NCBI GenBank assembly: GCA_963808895.1
Contig: CAWEHL010000004.1
Location: forward strand, 697,715-761,714
Direction of reading: 5' to 3'
DNA: 64,000 nt
Origin: an uncultured Chloroflexia bacterium
Lineage (GTDB): Bacteria; Chloroflexota; Limnocylindria; Limnocylindrales; CSP1-4
This document shows positions 34,786-46,728 of this stretch, piece by piece. A program made the translations under genes and the position numbers. The notes under the pieces were generated by a model. It had not been told where the DNA came from and made no database searches. It was given only the letters and a program-made list of their open reading frames with translations. Positions within the stretch are counted from its first letter, which is position 1; the number at the start of each line of letters is the position of its first letter.

Positions 34786-37090
34786 ATGCGAACCTACGCC
34801 CCCGCCGACGCTGCGACGGTCCTCGGTCGCGTCCTGGAGGAGCCGTCGCTGACGCGCGGCGTCGTCCACCACGAGGTCATCCCAGCGCGCGAGCCGTCGT
34901 ACGCGGACATGCCCGCGTGGCTCGACCCGCGGATCGTGCAAGGGCTCGCGAACCGCGGCATCGAGCGGCTGTACACGCACCAGGCCGAGGCGATCGAGGC
35001 GGTCCACGCTGGCGAGGATGTTGTCGTCGTGACGCCCACGGCGTCGGGGAAGACGCTCTGCTACGCGCTTCCGACCCTCCAGGCGATCGCGCAGGATCCG
35101 GCGGCGAGGGCGCTGTTCCTGTTCCCGACGAAGGCGCTCGGTCAGGACCAGGTGACCGAGTTCGGGGAGCTCGCGGCATCGGCGGACCTCTCGATCATCA
35201 CGTCCACCTACGACGGCGACACGCCGGCACCCATCCGCTCGACCGTGCGCGCCGCCGGGCAGGTCGTCGTCACGAACCCCGACATGCTCCACTCGGCGAT
35301 CCTGCCGCACCACACCAAGTGGTTCCAGCTGTTCGAGCAGCTCCAGCTCATCGTCATCGACGAGCTACACACATACCGAGGCGTCTTCGGCAGCCACGTC
35401 GCGAACGTACTGCGGCGGCTGATGCGGATCTGCGCGCACTACGGCAGCAAGCCGGTGATCGTCTGTTGCTCGGCGACGATCGGGAACCCTGCCGAGCTCG
35501 CGGCGATGCTGACCGGTCGACCGGCACGCCTCGTGGATCGCAACGGTGCGCCATCGGGCGAGCGGCACGTCCTGCTCGTCGACCCGCCGGTCATGGAGCC
35601 GGCCAGCGGAGCGCGCGGCTCGGCGGTGACGCTCGCCCAGCGCTGGGCGCTGCCGTTCCTCCGCGCCGGACGACAGACGATCGTCTTCGGCCGATCGCGG
35701 GTCGCGGTCGAGCTGCTGCTGACCGGGTTGCGCGAGGCGCTGCGCGAAAGCTTCGGTCCACGCAGCCGCGTGCGAGGGTATCGGGGCGGCTACCTGCCGA
35801 CGGAACGGCGGTCGATCGAACGCGGGCTTCGTGATGGCGAGATCCTCGGCGTCGTCTCGACGAATGCCCTCGAGCTCGGCGTGGACATCGGGCGGCTCGA
35901 TGTCTCGATCCTCGCCGGCTACCCGGGTTCGGTGGCTGCCACGTGGCAGCAGTTCGGCCGGGCCGGCCGGCGGCAGGGCACGAGCGTCTCGGTCCTCGTC
36001 GCATCCGGCGCCCCGGTCGACCAGTACGTCATCCACCATCCCGAGTTCCTGCTCGAGAACGCGCCCGAGGAGGCGCGGCTCGACCCGGACAACCTCCATG
36101 TGCTCCTCGCACACCTCCGGGCGGCGACCTTCGAGCTGCCGTTCGAGCCCGGCGAGGTCTTCGGGCCCAGCGCCGGCCGACGATCTGCTGGCGTTCCTCG
36201 CCGAGGAAGGGCACGTCCGCCAGGCGGCCGATGGCCGCTGGTATTGGTCGAGCGAGAACTTCCCGGCGTCCGAGATCTCGCTACGGACGGCCGCGCCGGA
36301 GAACGTCGTGATCATCGACACGACGCCGGATCGCCCGCGCGTACTCGGCGAAGTCGACCTGTTCAGCGCCCAGGTCCTCGTCCACGAGCGGGCGATCTAC
36401 ATCCACGGATCCGTCCAGTACTACGTGGACCGCCTCGAGTGGCACGAGCGCAAGGCGTACGTCCACAAGATCGACGTCGACCACTACACGTACGCCAATC
36501 GAGCGGTGACGCTGAAGCCGCTGGAGGTCTTCGCGGAGGCGCCGTCGACCGGCGGGACACGAAAGCACGGCGAGGTGATGGTCGCCAGCCTCGTGACGCT
36601 CTTCAAGAAGCTCAAGTTCATCACCGACGAGAACGTCGGCTGGGGTCCGATCGACCTGCCCGAGCTGGAGCTCCAGACCACCGCGTACTGGCTGACCGCC
36701 GACCGCGCCCGCGATCACTGGCGGCGCGACGACCTCGATATCGCGCTGCTCGGCGCAGGTCGCGCGATCCAGACGATCGCGTCGGTGCTGCTGATGGTGG
36801 ACCCACGCGACCTCGGCCTGGTGACCCAGGTCCGCTCCCCGCACGCGGAGGAGCCGACGATCTACCTGTACGAATCGGTACCCGGCGGGATCGGGCTCTC
36901 GGAACGGCTCTGGCAGCGCCACGACGAGCTCCTCGCCGGGGCGGCAGACCTGATCGCGGCCTGTTCGTGCGACGCCGGCTGCCCCTCGTGCACCGGTCCC
37001 AGGCTCGAGCCGAACGTCGATGCGAAACGCCTCGCGCTGCGGTTGCTGACAGAGCTCGGAGCGGGCGCGCGCCTCGCCAAGGCGGGATGA
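34786..37090 (+). CDS. mrfA: DEAH helicase with DUF1998 Zn domain (MrfA/YprA/SftH/Hrq1-like; frameshift near 36.17 kb)
   Basis: LYTHQ, TPTASGKT, DELH, STNALELGVDIG, QQFGRAGR, YESVPGGIG, CSCDAGCPSC. Confidence 0.88.
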
Positions 37091-38489
37091 CCGCGCCGTC
37101 CGCCGCCCCGTCCGTCCGCTCGTCTCGCGCGCCGACTCGCGCGCTACCGAGCGGCGACGCCCGGGCCGGGAACGGCGGCCGACCCCCTGCCCTACCGGCC
37201 GAGCGCCAGCCGTGAACTGGCCCGGCGCCTCGCGGACGCGGTCGACGGCGACGTCGTCGATGCGGCGAACGGCGGTCTATGTGCGCGTCGAGCGGCCGGC
37301 GATCGACCTCCCGTCGACCGCGCGCGACTCGCGACCCTGCCGGGCCAACCGCCGGCCGACCGCCCCCTCGTCTGCCTCGATACGGAGACGACCGGACTCG
37401 CGACGGCCGCCGGGACGCTCGCGTTCCTGATCGGGCTCGGTTGGTGGTCCGGGACGTCGTACCGGCAGGTCCAGCTGCTGCTGCCCGACCAGGGCGAGGA
37501 GGGCGTGCTGCTCGACGAGGTCGGCCGGCATCTGCCACCCGACGCGTGGCTCGTGACGTACAACGGCCGCGGCTTCGACTGGCCGCTGCTCGTGACCCGC
37601 TACCGGATGGTCCGCCGGGCGGCGCCACCGATCGGCGGCCACCTCGATCTGCTGCCGCATGTGCGGCGGTTGTTCCGACATCGCCTCGACGACGCCCGCC
37701 TCGGGACCGTCGAGCGGATGCTGCTCGGGCTGACACGGGTCGATGACGTCGACGGCTGGGAGATCCCGGGCCGGTATCTCGGGTTCCTGCGCGGCGGTCC
37801 CGCTCAGCCGCTGGCCGCCGTCGTGCGCCACAACGACGAGGATGTGCGCTCGCTCGCACGCCTGCTCGCACACGTCGAGCAGCGCCTCGGCGATCCCGAG
37901 GTCCGTTCGTCGGCGCCACGCGGGGACCTCGCCGGTCTGGCCCGCGCCTTCCGACGCGAGCGACGGCTCGAGGAGGCGATCGACTGTCTCGATGCTGCCC
38001 TCGCAGTGGAGCCGACCACCGAGCCGGCCGCGGAACCCGCCGCGTCAGCGATCGCCGCGCCGCGGGTGCCAGAGGAGCCGTGGTGGTCGCCTCGGCGACG
38101 AGCCGACTTCGGCGGCCGGCCGGAGACCCGGCGCGTCACGACCGGCTGGGACCGGCGCGAGGCGTTCAGCCGGCCGTGGGACGAGGGGCGGATCGCCGTC
38201 GATCGGGCCCATCTGCTGCGACGCCTGGGACGTGTCGACGAGGCGATCGAGGCATGGGACGCGCTGGCCTGCGGGCCGGGACGGACCGCGGTCGTCGCTG
38301 CCATCGAGGCCGCGAAGCTGCGAGAGCACCGACTCGGGCGATCCGGCCGGGGCGATGGCCGCCGTCGAACGCGGTCTGCACCTGGCCGACCGCCGGCGAG
38401 CCCGGGGGATGCCGGAACCGGCGCTCGAAGCCGACCTTCGCCATCGCTGGCGACGCTTGCGTGATCGACTCGCCCGAACGGCAGCCTGA
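37087..38489 (+). CDS. mrfB: RNase H-like exonuclease with TPR-like tail (MrfB/YprB-like, frameshifted)
   Basis: CLDTETTGL, VTYNGRGFDWP, HLDLL, RHNDEDVRSL, AKLREH; follows the DUF1998 helicase. Confidence 0.82.
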
Positions 38490-38490
38490 G

Positions 38491-39479
38491 CTAGGCGCGT
38501 GCCCCGAGGGCCGCTCGGACCGGGCCGGCGAGGGCCTCGAGCGTCGCGCGGTCGTATGGCGACGGAAGATCGAACATCACGGCGCTCGCCCCCGCGTCCC
38601 GATAGCCCGCAGGTCGAGCGATGACGGCCTCGGCCGTGTCGGTGAACGGCGACGCGAGTGCCGCTCGTTGGGCGGCGGCGCGGTCGACGGCGTGCCGCTC
38701 GAGGATGTCCGTCAACGCCTCGACCGCGGCATCCCGGCTCGCCCGGATCATCGGTGGTGGCAGGCCCACGGTCCGCTCGATCGCCGCGGGATCCCGCCCG
38801 ACGTCGCGGCAGTGGTCGTCGAGGATCGCGCTCCGCCGGGCGAACGACGCGGGCGAATCGCCATCGGCATTCCAGATGTCGGCGGCCTCCGCGACGATGC
38901 GGAGCGTCCGCTTCTCGCCGCTCCCCCCGATGACGAGCGGCAGCCGAGCCTGGACCGGCGGCGGGTCGTTCCGGGCCCCGTCGGCGGTGAACCAGGTCCC
39001 ATCGACCGTCACGGCCTCGCCGTCCAGCAGACCTGCGACAGATCGTGGCCGCCTCGGCGAATCGGTCGATCCGCTGGCCGAGCGAGCGGGAATGGCCACC
39101 CGAACGCGCGATGCTCCGGCTCGAACCAGCCCCCGCCGAGGCCGAGTGCCGCGCGCCCGCCCGTCGCGTGGTCGAGCGCCGTCGCCATCTTCACGAGCAG
39201 GCCCGGGTTCCGGTACCCGGCGCCGGAGACCAGGCAGCCCATCCGCGCCTGACTCGTACGCGCGGCCCAGCCGAACAGGATCGACCAGCCCTCGAACACC
39301 GGTCCCGCGAGCCCACCGTCCGCACCGTCCGTCCCGGCCGCGAGCGGCAGGAAATGGTCGTTGCTCCATAGCTCGTCGAATCCGAGCGCGTCGATGTCGG
39401 CGCCGATCGACATCAGCTCATCCCAGGTGACGTACTGGCCCCAGACCTGGAGGCCGACCCGAAGGCGAGGCTGGGCCAT
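38491..39479 (-). CDS. LLM-class flavin/F420-dependent oxidoreductase (frameshifted)
   Basis: WSNDHF, FEGWSIL, YRNPGLLVKMATALDHATGGRAALGLGGGWFEPEH, IGGSGEKRTLR. Confidence 0.88.
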
Positions 39480-39482
39480 GAC

Positions 39483-40545
39483 TCAGACCGCCGCAGGCTC
39501 GACGACGGCGCCCATCCGCGAGGAGGCGCTCGGCCGCCTCGAGCACGCGAAGGCCGCGGATCGCGTCGAGCGGGTCGACCGGCGGCGGGCTCCCGGTCCG
39601 CACCGCGTCCCGGAACAGCTCGTAGTAGCGCCGGTAATCGCCGGCTTCCGTCGGCACCGTGCGTGGTTCCTCGCCGACCATGTAGAGGCGCCCCCAATGC
39701 CCGGGCTCGTCGTCGCCGAAACCGGGATCCGACGGTCGCCTGCCGGCGAGGACGCGTGCCTCCTGGGGGTCGCGCTCGTCCTTGACGTACTCGCCGAGCA
39801 AGCCTCGGAGCCGGAAGCGCGGCCGGCCCCATGGGGAGATCAGCGACGTCCAGATGCGCGACCGTTCTCCGCCCGCGTGCTCGAGGGCGACGAAGGCCGA
39901 ATCGTCGACCGCAGTCCCGGGCCGGCGACGGTCGATCTGGGCGAAGACGCGGACCGGCTCACCGAACAGGAGCAGCGCCTGGTCGACCAGGTGCGCGCCG
40001 AGGTCACGATGCGGACCACCCGCCTCGTCCGCGTCCTCGCGCCACGCGTCGGCGAGCGGCGACGCCGATCTCGAAGCGCGACTCCATGCTGTCGATCGGC
40101 CCGAGCGTGCCCTCTCGCACGAGCGACCTGACGGTCAGGAAATCGCCGTCGAAGCGGCGGTTGTGATAGACCGACAGGACCTTTCCCGTCCGGTGCGCAG
40201 CGTCGACCAGCCGTTCCGCGTCGGCGATGCCGGTCGCGATCGGCTTGTCGACGACGACGTGGCGACCCGCCTCGAGTGCCCGGATGCCGAGCGGGACGTG
40301 GGTCCGATTCGGCGACGCGACCACGACGATCTCGACGTCGGCTCGGTCGAGCAGCTCGTCGAACGACTCCGACGACCGTCGCCTCCGGATGCTCCGCGGC
40401 GTGCATGCGCCTGCCGGTCGGGCCGCGAGGTGGCGATCGCCGCGACCCGGAGCCCGTCGACGGCTGCGATGAACGGCGCGTGGAAGGACCGTCCCGCCAG
40501 CCCGTAGCCGACGATGCCGACGCCGATCGATCCCGTCGAGGTCAT
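39483..40545 (-). CDS. Gfo/Idh/MocA oxidoreductase, IolW/YdgJ-like (frameshifted)
   Basis: VGYGLAGRSFHAPFI, HVVVDKP, VYHNRRFDGDF, DLGAHLVDQA, DPQE. Confidence 0.87.
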
Positions 40546-41798
40546 CGGTCGCCCTAGTTCCCGAGGTAGCGGCCCGGCCACCTCGCAGAACCGCTCGGCG
40601 ACGCGCTGGGCCGCCTCCGCGTCGTCGCGCATCCGCAGGCCCCACGGCGCGAGGTTGGTGTCGAAGATGCCGATGCCGATGCTCATCGACCGCGCGAGCA
40701 GCGCGTCGGTCTGGGGCAGCATCCCGGGCGCGTAGTCGCACGCCCTCGCTGCCGTAGCACGCGCAATCGAACGGGCAGCCCTGCCCGCTGACCGTCCGCT
40801 GCTCGATGAGGTGCTCCATGTTCGCGTAGACATGCCAGCCCGAGGCGGCGAGCGTGATCGAGCCGAGCTCGTCGGCCACGGCCTTCGCGATCTCCGGGGT
40901 CGGGAACGTGACGACGAGGTGCGTCGCGAGGTCGCCTTCGGGGTCGACGATGGTCCGGAAGCCGAGCCCCGGCAGGCCCGCGATCGTCGACTTGACGATC
41001 GCCTTGTTCTCTCGGAGGTGGTCGCGGATCAGGTCGAGCTTGCGGACCTGCGCCAGCAGCACCGCGCCCGACAGCTCGGTCATCCGGAAGTTCAGCCCGA
41101 GGAACGGCCGCTCGGCGTACTTCGATCCGAGGCGGTTCGGCGCGTGGCCCTGATCGTGGATCGCGAAGAATCGGCCGTACAGCTCCTCGTCGTCGGTGAC
41201 GATCATGCCGCCGTCGCCGCAGGTGATGGTCTTGTACTCGTTGAAGCTGTAGATGCCGGCCGTCCCGATCCCGCCGACGCCCTGCCCCTGGTACGTCGCA
41301 CCGAACGCCTGCGCGCAGTCCTCGATGAGCGCGATGCCGTGGCGATCGGCGATGTCCTTGAGCTCGTCGAGCCGCGCCGGCGCGCCGAGCATGTGGACGA
41401 CGAGGATGGCCTTGGTCCGCGGCGTGATGCGCGCCTCGACATCGGCCGGGTCGAGGTTGAACGAGTCGTCGACCTCGGCCAGGACCGGGATGCCACGGGC
41501 ATAGACGATCGCCGAGATCGAGGCGACGAACGTGAACCCGGGCACGATCACCTCATCGCCGGGCCCGACGCCGATCCCGAGCAGCGTCACGAACAGGCCA
41601 CTCGACCCACCGCCGTGCAGACCGAGGCCGTAGCGGACGCCGGCGAGCGACGCGATCTCCTGCTCGACCGTGCGGACCTTGGCGCCGAAGTTCGGGTCGG
41701 TCTCGCTGCCGTACCGGCTGAGCGCCCGGGCCTGTGAGGACCTGCATGACCTCGGCGATCTCTTCCTCGCCGATCAGCTCTACGCCGGGTCCGGGCAT
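40542..41798 (-). CDS. DegT/DnrJ/EryC1/StrS aminotransferase (frameshifted)
   Basis: GPGDEVIVPGFTFVAS, IEDCAQA, SFNEYKTITCGDGG, GLNFRMTE; GGAGG RBS. Confidence 0.9.
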
Positions 41799-41826
41799 GC
41801 CGGCCTCCCTCCGTCCGCGTGCCGTT

Positions 41827-41842
41827 GTGCAACCGATTGCAC
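41827..41842. promoter_or_regulatory. LacI-family operator in the divergent promoter
   Basis: Near-perfect palindrome GTGCAACCGATTGCAC with central CG. It overlaps the plus-strand -35 (TTGCAC-N18-TAATCT) and lies just downstream of the minus-strand TTGACG-N18-TACGGT. Confidence 0.8.
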
Positions 41843-41914
41843 GGCACCGTACCAGCACGATAATCTGACCGTCAACACGTCGAGCGCGGATGGAGTGAGG
41901 AGGGTCGGCAACAC

Positions 41915-42813
41915 GTGAGCGATCTCCTGGAGCGGGTGGCGGGCGCACCGATCACCTGGGGCGTCGACGGATCGCCCGGGTGGGGCTACCTGATGGATCG
42001 CGACCGCGTCCTGCGCGAGATGGTCGAGAGCGGGCTCAGCGCCACGGAGCTCGGACCCGACGGCTATCTCCCGACCGACCCGGGCGAGCTCAAGGAGTTC
42101 CTCGACCGGTTCGACATGAGCATCGTCGGGGGCTTCGTTCCGGCGCTGCTCTACCGCGACGACCGCATCGACGATCAGCTGGCCTACGTGACCCGCGCCG
42201 CGCGGCAGCTCGCGTCGACCGGCTCGAAGGTGCTCGTCCTCGGGCCGTCCTCCGCGAACCCCGGCTACGACACCCCGGTCGACATGTCGGACGACGAGTG
42301 GGCGACATTCCTTGCGAACCTGCCCCGGCTCGAGGCGATCGTCAGCGATGCCGGCCTCGAGACGGCCCTGCACCCGCACTGGGGTCTGGCGATCGCGACG
42401 GGACGCGGACATCGACCGGCTGCTCGACGTCATCGGACGTCGGGCATCTGCCTGGACACCGGGCACGCCTACCTCGGAGGCGCGGATCCGGTCGCGGTCG
42501 CCAGGGCCGCCGGCGATCGCGTCCTCCATGTGCACCTCAAGGACGTCGACGCCGCGAAGGCGGAGCGCGTCCGGAGCGGCGAGGTCGCCGTTCCGCCAAG
42601 CGGTCCTCGACGGCCTGTTCGTCCCGCTGGGTAAGGGCGGGGTCGACATCGCCGGCGTCATCCAGGCGCTCGAGGACCAGGGGTATCGCGGCTGGTATGT
42701 ACTCGAGCAGGACGTATCGCTGAAGTCGGATCCGCCCGACGGCGAAGGGCCCGAAGGCCGACGCGATCGACAGCGTCGCCTTCCTGCGCGGCCTCGCGGT
42801 CGCTCGCGCGTGA
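41915..42813 (+). CDS. iolE: Inosose dehydratase IolE/MocC-like TIM-barrel enzyme (frameshifted)
   Basis: GAPITWG, TELGPDGY, LHPH, CLDTGH, HVHLKD, FVPLGKGGVD, VLEQD. Confidence 0.75.
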
Positions 42814-43747
42814 CGCAGTCGTCGCCGTCCGACGCGACCGCGACGCTCGTCCTGCCCGCTCGCGCTCAGCTCGGCGAGTGCCCGCTCTGGAGCCCGACCG
42901 AGGCGCGCCTGTACTGGGAGGACATCGACGGCCGGGCGGTCCATCGCTTCGACCCAGCGACGGGCATCGACGAGAGCCGCGCGGCGCCCGGGCGACCCGG
43001 GTCGCTGGCCCTGACCGCGCACCCCGGGCCGACTGCTCGTCGCGATGGAAGGCCGGCTCGGCGTTCCTCGACTTGGCGAGGGCGGCACCTGGACCGACTG
43101 GATCCAGCTCGAGCCGGAGGGGCGCGGCAATCGGCATGAATGACGGGCGCATGCGATCCGGCGGGCCGGTTCTGGGTCGGGACGATGTTCGACCGCCGCG
43201 GCCGAGAACCAGGCGACGCGGCTCGCTCTATCGCGTCGAGTCGGACGGCAGCGCGCGCGGTGATGCGCACGGACATCGGCGTTCCCAACGGCCTCGCGTT
43301 CTCGCCGGACGGCCGGACGATGTACTTCGCCGATACCCACCGCGACACGGTCTGGGCGTACGACTACGACGTCGACACCGGCGAGGCGACCAACGAGCGG
43401 GTGTTCCTCGACTTCGCGACCCTGCCCGGGCGGCCGGACGGCGCCTGCGTCGACGAGGACGGCGTGCTACTGGATCGCCTGCGTCTACGGATCGGCGGTG
43501 CTGCGCGTCACGCCGGACGGCGTGGTCGACCGGCGGATCGCTGTCCCGACGTTGAAGCCGACGATGCCGGCGTTCGGCGGCCCGACGCTCTCGACGCTGT
43601 TCATCACCAGCGATCGGCGGCGGCGGCTCACACCCGGCGGACCCGACAGCGACCCAGAGGCCGGCGGCCTCTTCGCGGTCGAGACCGGCATCCGCGGGCT
43701 GGCCGGAGCCGCGTCTTCGCCGGCGGTCCGCGGCCGTGACGGCATGA
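42810..43747 (+). CDS. SMP-30/gluconolactonase-family lactonase (frameshifted)
   Basis: LGECPLW, MNDG.CDPAGRFWVGTM, PNGLAFSPDG, GRPDGACVDEDG, PTMPAFGG. Confidence 0.88.
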
Positions 43748-44762
43748 TCGGCGCCTGCCCTCCCGCCGGTCTGGTTCGAGCGACCCGTGCTGCCCGAGCT
43801 CGTCGAGCGTCGTCGACGCGGCGTGCACGGTGCTCGGGCCCGGCAACGGACGACGGATCGCTACGCGGGCATCGAGGACGCCGTCGGCGCCGTCGCCGGC
43901 GCCTGCGCCGTACGACGGGCGCGGTCATGGATCGCGCGCCCGGGCTGCGGGTCATCGCCCGGACCGGGATCGGCTACGACGCGGTCGACGTCGCGGCCGC
44001 GACCGCGCGCGGGATCGCCGTCTGCAACACGCCGGACGGCCCGACGATCTCGACCGCCGAGCACGCCGTCACGCTGATGCTGATGGTCGCCAAGAAGGTG
44101 AAGGCCGCCGAGGCGGCGCTCGCGGACCGGGACGTCGGGCGGCTACTACGCTCGCCACGCCGGGATCGAGCTCGACGGCAAGGTCCTCGGCCTGGTCGGC
44201 TTCGGTCGGATCGCCCGGCGGGTGGCGCGCGATCGCCGAGGCGACTCGGGATGCGGGTCGCGACGTTCGATCCGTACCTGCGACGCCGACCGCCATCCCG
44301 CCGGGATCGCGCGCGTCGACGACCCTCGACGCGCTCCTCGCGCGACGCCGACGTCGTCTCGGTCCACGTCCCGTTGACCGACGCCTCGCGCGGCATGTTC
44401 GACGCCGGCCGGTTCGCGCGATGAAGCCCGGAGCGGTCTTCATCAACACGGCGCGCGGCGGGCTCGTCGACCAGGACGCGCTGCTCGCGGCCCTCGATGC
44501 CGGGCCAGCTCGTTCGGCGCCGGCCTGGACGTCACGACGCCCGAGCCGCTCCCGACCGATCACCCGCTGCTCGGCCGCGACGACGTCGTGGTCACGCCCG
44601 CACGTCGCGTCGGCGACCGCCGATGGCAAGGTGCGCATCCTCCGGGCGCGCGTTCGAGCAGGCGATGGCCGTCGTCGCAGGGCGAACGCCCGGAGCACCT
44701 CGTCAATCCCGAGGTCTGGGACCGCGTCGCCGGCGCGACCGCTGCAGGAGTGGCACACGTGA
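43744..44762 (+). CDS. D-isomer 2-hydroxyacid dehydrogenase (SerA-like, frameshifted)
   Basis: [52 protein letters not shown]. Confidence 0.88.
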
Positions 44763-45945
44763 CCGACGATCGGGATCGGCGTCATCGGGTTCGGCTGGAT
44801 GGGCCAGGCGCACTCGCGGGCCTACCGCGACATCCCCGTCTACTTCCCCGAGAGCGGCATCCGGCCGCGACTCGTCGCCGTCGCCGACAACGTCCCGGCG
44901 CGGGTCGAGCTCGCGACGCGAGAACTTCGGGTTCGAGACCGGCACGCTCGACTGGCGCGAGCTCATCGCCCGCGACGACATCGACGTCGTCGACATCACG
45001 GCGCCGAACGCGCTCCACCAGCGAGACTCGTCGAGGCGGCGGCGGCGGCCGGCAAGCACATCGCCTGCGAGAAGCCGGTCGGGATCTCGCCGGAGGCGAC
45101 CGGCGGCGATCGAGGCCGCGGCGCGCCGGCGCCGGGGTCATCAGCGGCTGCGGCTACAACTACCGCTGGGCGCCGCTCGTCCAGTACACGCGCCAGCTCA
45201 TCGCCGACGGCCGGCTCGGCGACCTGACCCACTACCGCGGCCGCTTCTTCTCGATGTACGGGCGCGACCGGCTCGGGCTGCTGTCGTGGCGCTTCCTGCA
45301 GGAGGAGGCCGGCTACGGCGTCACTGAGCGACATCATGTCGCACGCCATCGACATGGCCCAGTTCATGTGCGGACCGATCGCGCCGGGTCGTCGCCGTGA
45401 AGGAGACGTTCGTCCGCGAGCGGCCGCTGCCGGTCCCGGGCAGGGCACGCACTACGACCGCGGCAAGCCCGGCGACCCGACCGGCGCCGTGACCAACGAG
45501 GACTACGTCGGCGCGCTGGTCGAGTTCGAGAACGGGGTCGCGCGGCACGCTCGAGGCGCGACCGCTCGATCTTCGGGCCGCAGAGCTCGATGGCCTTCGA
45601 GCTGAACGGCTCGAAGGGCGCCGCCGTCGTGGGATCACGAACGGCTCAACCAGCTGCAGCCTGTACCTGCCCGAGGAGCAGCCGACCGACGGCTTCATCG
45701 AGGTCCTCGCCGGCGACGCGCTTCCCGAACCAGGGCAACATCGTGCCCGGCGGCGGCAACTCCGCTCGGGTACGAGGACATGAAACTGATCGAGGCGCTC
45801 GAGTTCCTGCGTTCGGTCGAGGCCGGCCGCCGCCACCGCCCGGACTTCGGCGACGCCGCTGGCCAACGCCTCGGTCGCGGCGGCGATGGTCCGCTCGTGG
45901 GCGTCCGGACGGCTGGGAGGACGTCACAGCCTCCGGATCGACTGA
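44759..45945 (+). CDS. Gfo/Idh/MocA oxidoreductase (frameshifted)
   Basis: [41 protein letters not shown]. Confidence 0.87.
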
Positions 45946-45956
45946 GGGACGCGACG

Positions 45957-46723
45957 ATGCTGGAGAACCGGACCAAGGCGAAGCTCGCCGCCGGCGAGCC
46001 CGTCGTTCGGCTGCTTCGTCCGGACCGCCGAGCCGTCAGCTCATCGAGTACGTCGGCGATGCTCGGCTGGGACTTCCTCGTCTTCGACGCCGAGCACGGC
46101 ACGCTCCAGCCGCGCGAGGTCGAGGACCTGTGCCGGGCGATCGAGCCGCGCGGCACGACGCCGATGGTCCGCGTCACGACCAACGACGCGCCGACGATCC
46201 TGCGCTTCCTCGACACCGGCGCCCACGGCGTCCACGTCCCGTGGGTCAACAGCGCCGCCGAGGCCGAGCGCGCGGTCCGCTCCGTGAAGTACACGCCGCG
46301 CGGCGATCCGCGGGCTGGCCGGCAGCCGGGCGTCCGAGTGGGGCCTGCGCGAGCCGATCGGCGAGTACGTCCAGCGGGCGAACCGCGAGACGCTCGTCGT
46401 GATCCAGGTCGAGACGCAGGACGCGGTCGACGCGATCGACGACTACCTCGCGATCGACGGCGATCGACGTGCTGTTCCTCGGCCCGACCGACCTGTCGCA
46501 GTCGCTCGGCCATCCCGGCGACCTGCGCCATCCCGACGTCCTCGCGGCGATGGACCGCGTCGCCGACGCGGTCGTCGGCTCGGACAAGACCCTCGGGATC
46601 TACGCTGGCACCGTCGACATGACCAAGGAATGGCTGGACCGAGGCGCCCGCTACTTCACGACGTCGCTCGAGCCGTTCCTGCGCGACGGGATGCGCGCCC
46701 ACCTGCGCGACGTGCGAGGCTGA
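45957..46723 (+). CDS. HpcH/HpaI-family class II aldolase (frameshifted)
   Basis: DAEHG, LRFLDTGAHGVHVPWV, KYTPRG.RG, IQVET, FLGPTDLS. Confidence 0.88.
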
Positions 46724-46728
46724 CGGCC

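Noticed and set aside
34786-38489. DUF1998 helicase as a DISARM or Druantia defence system
   Set aside because: Single-chain helicase paired with a YprB-like exonuclease and a LexA box, with no methylase or other defence genes.
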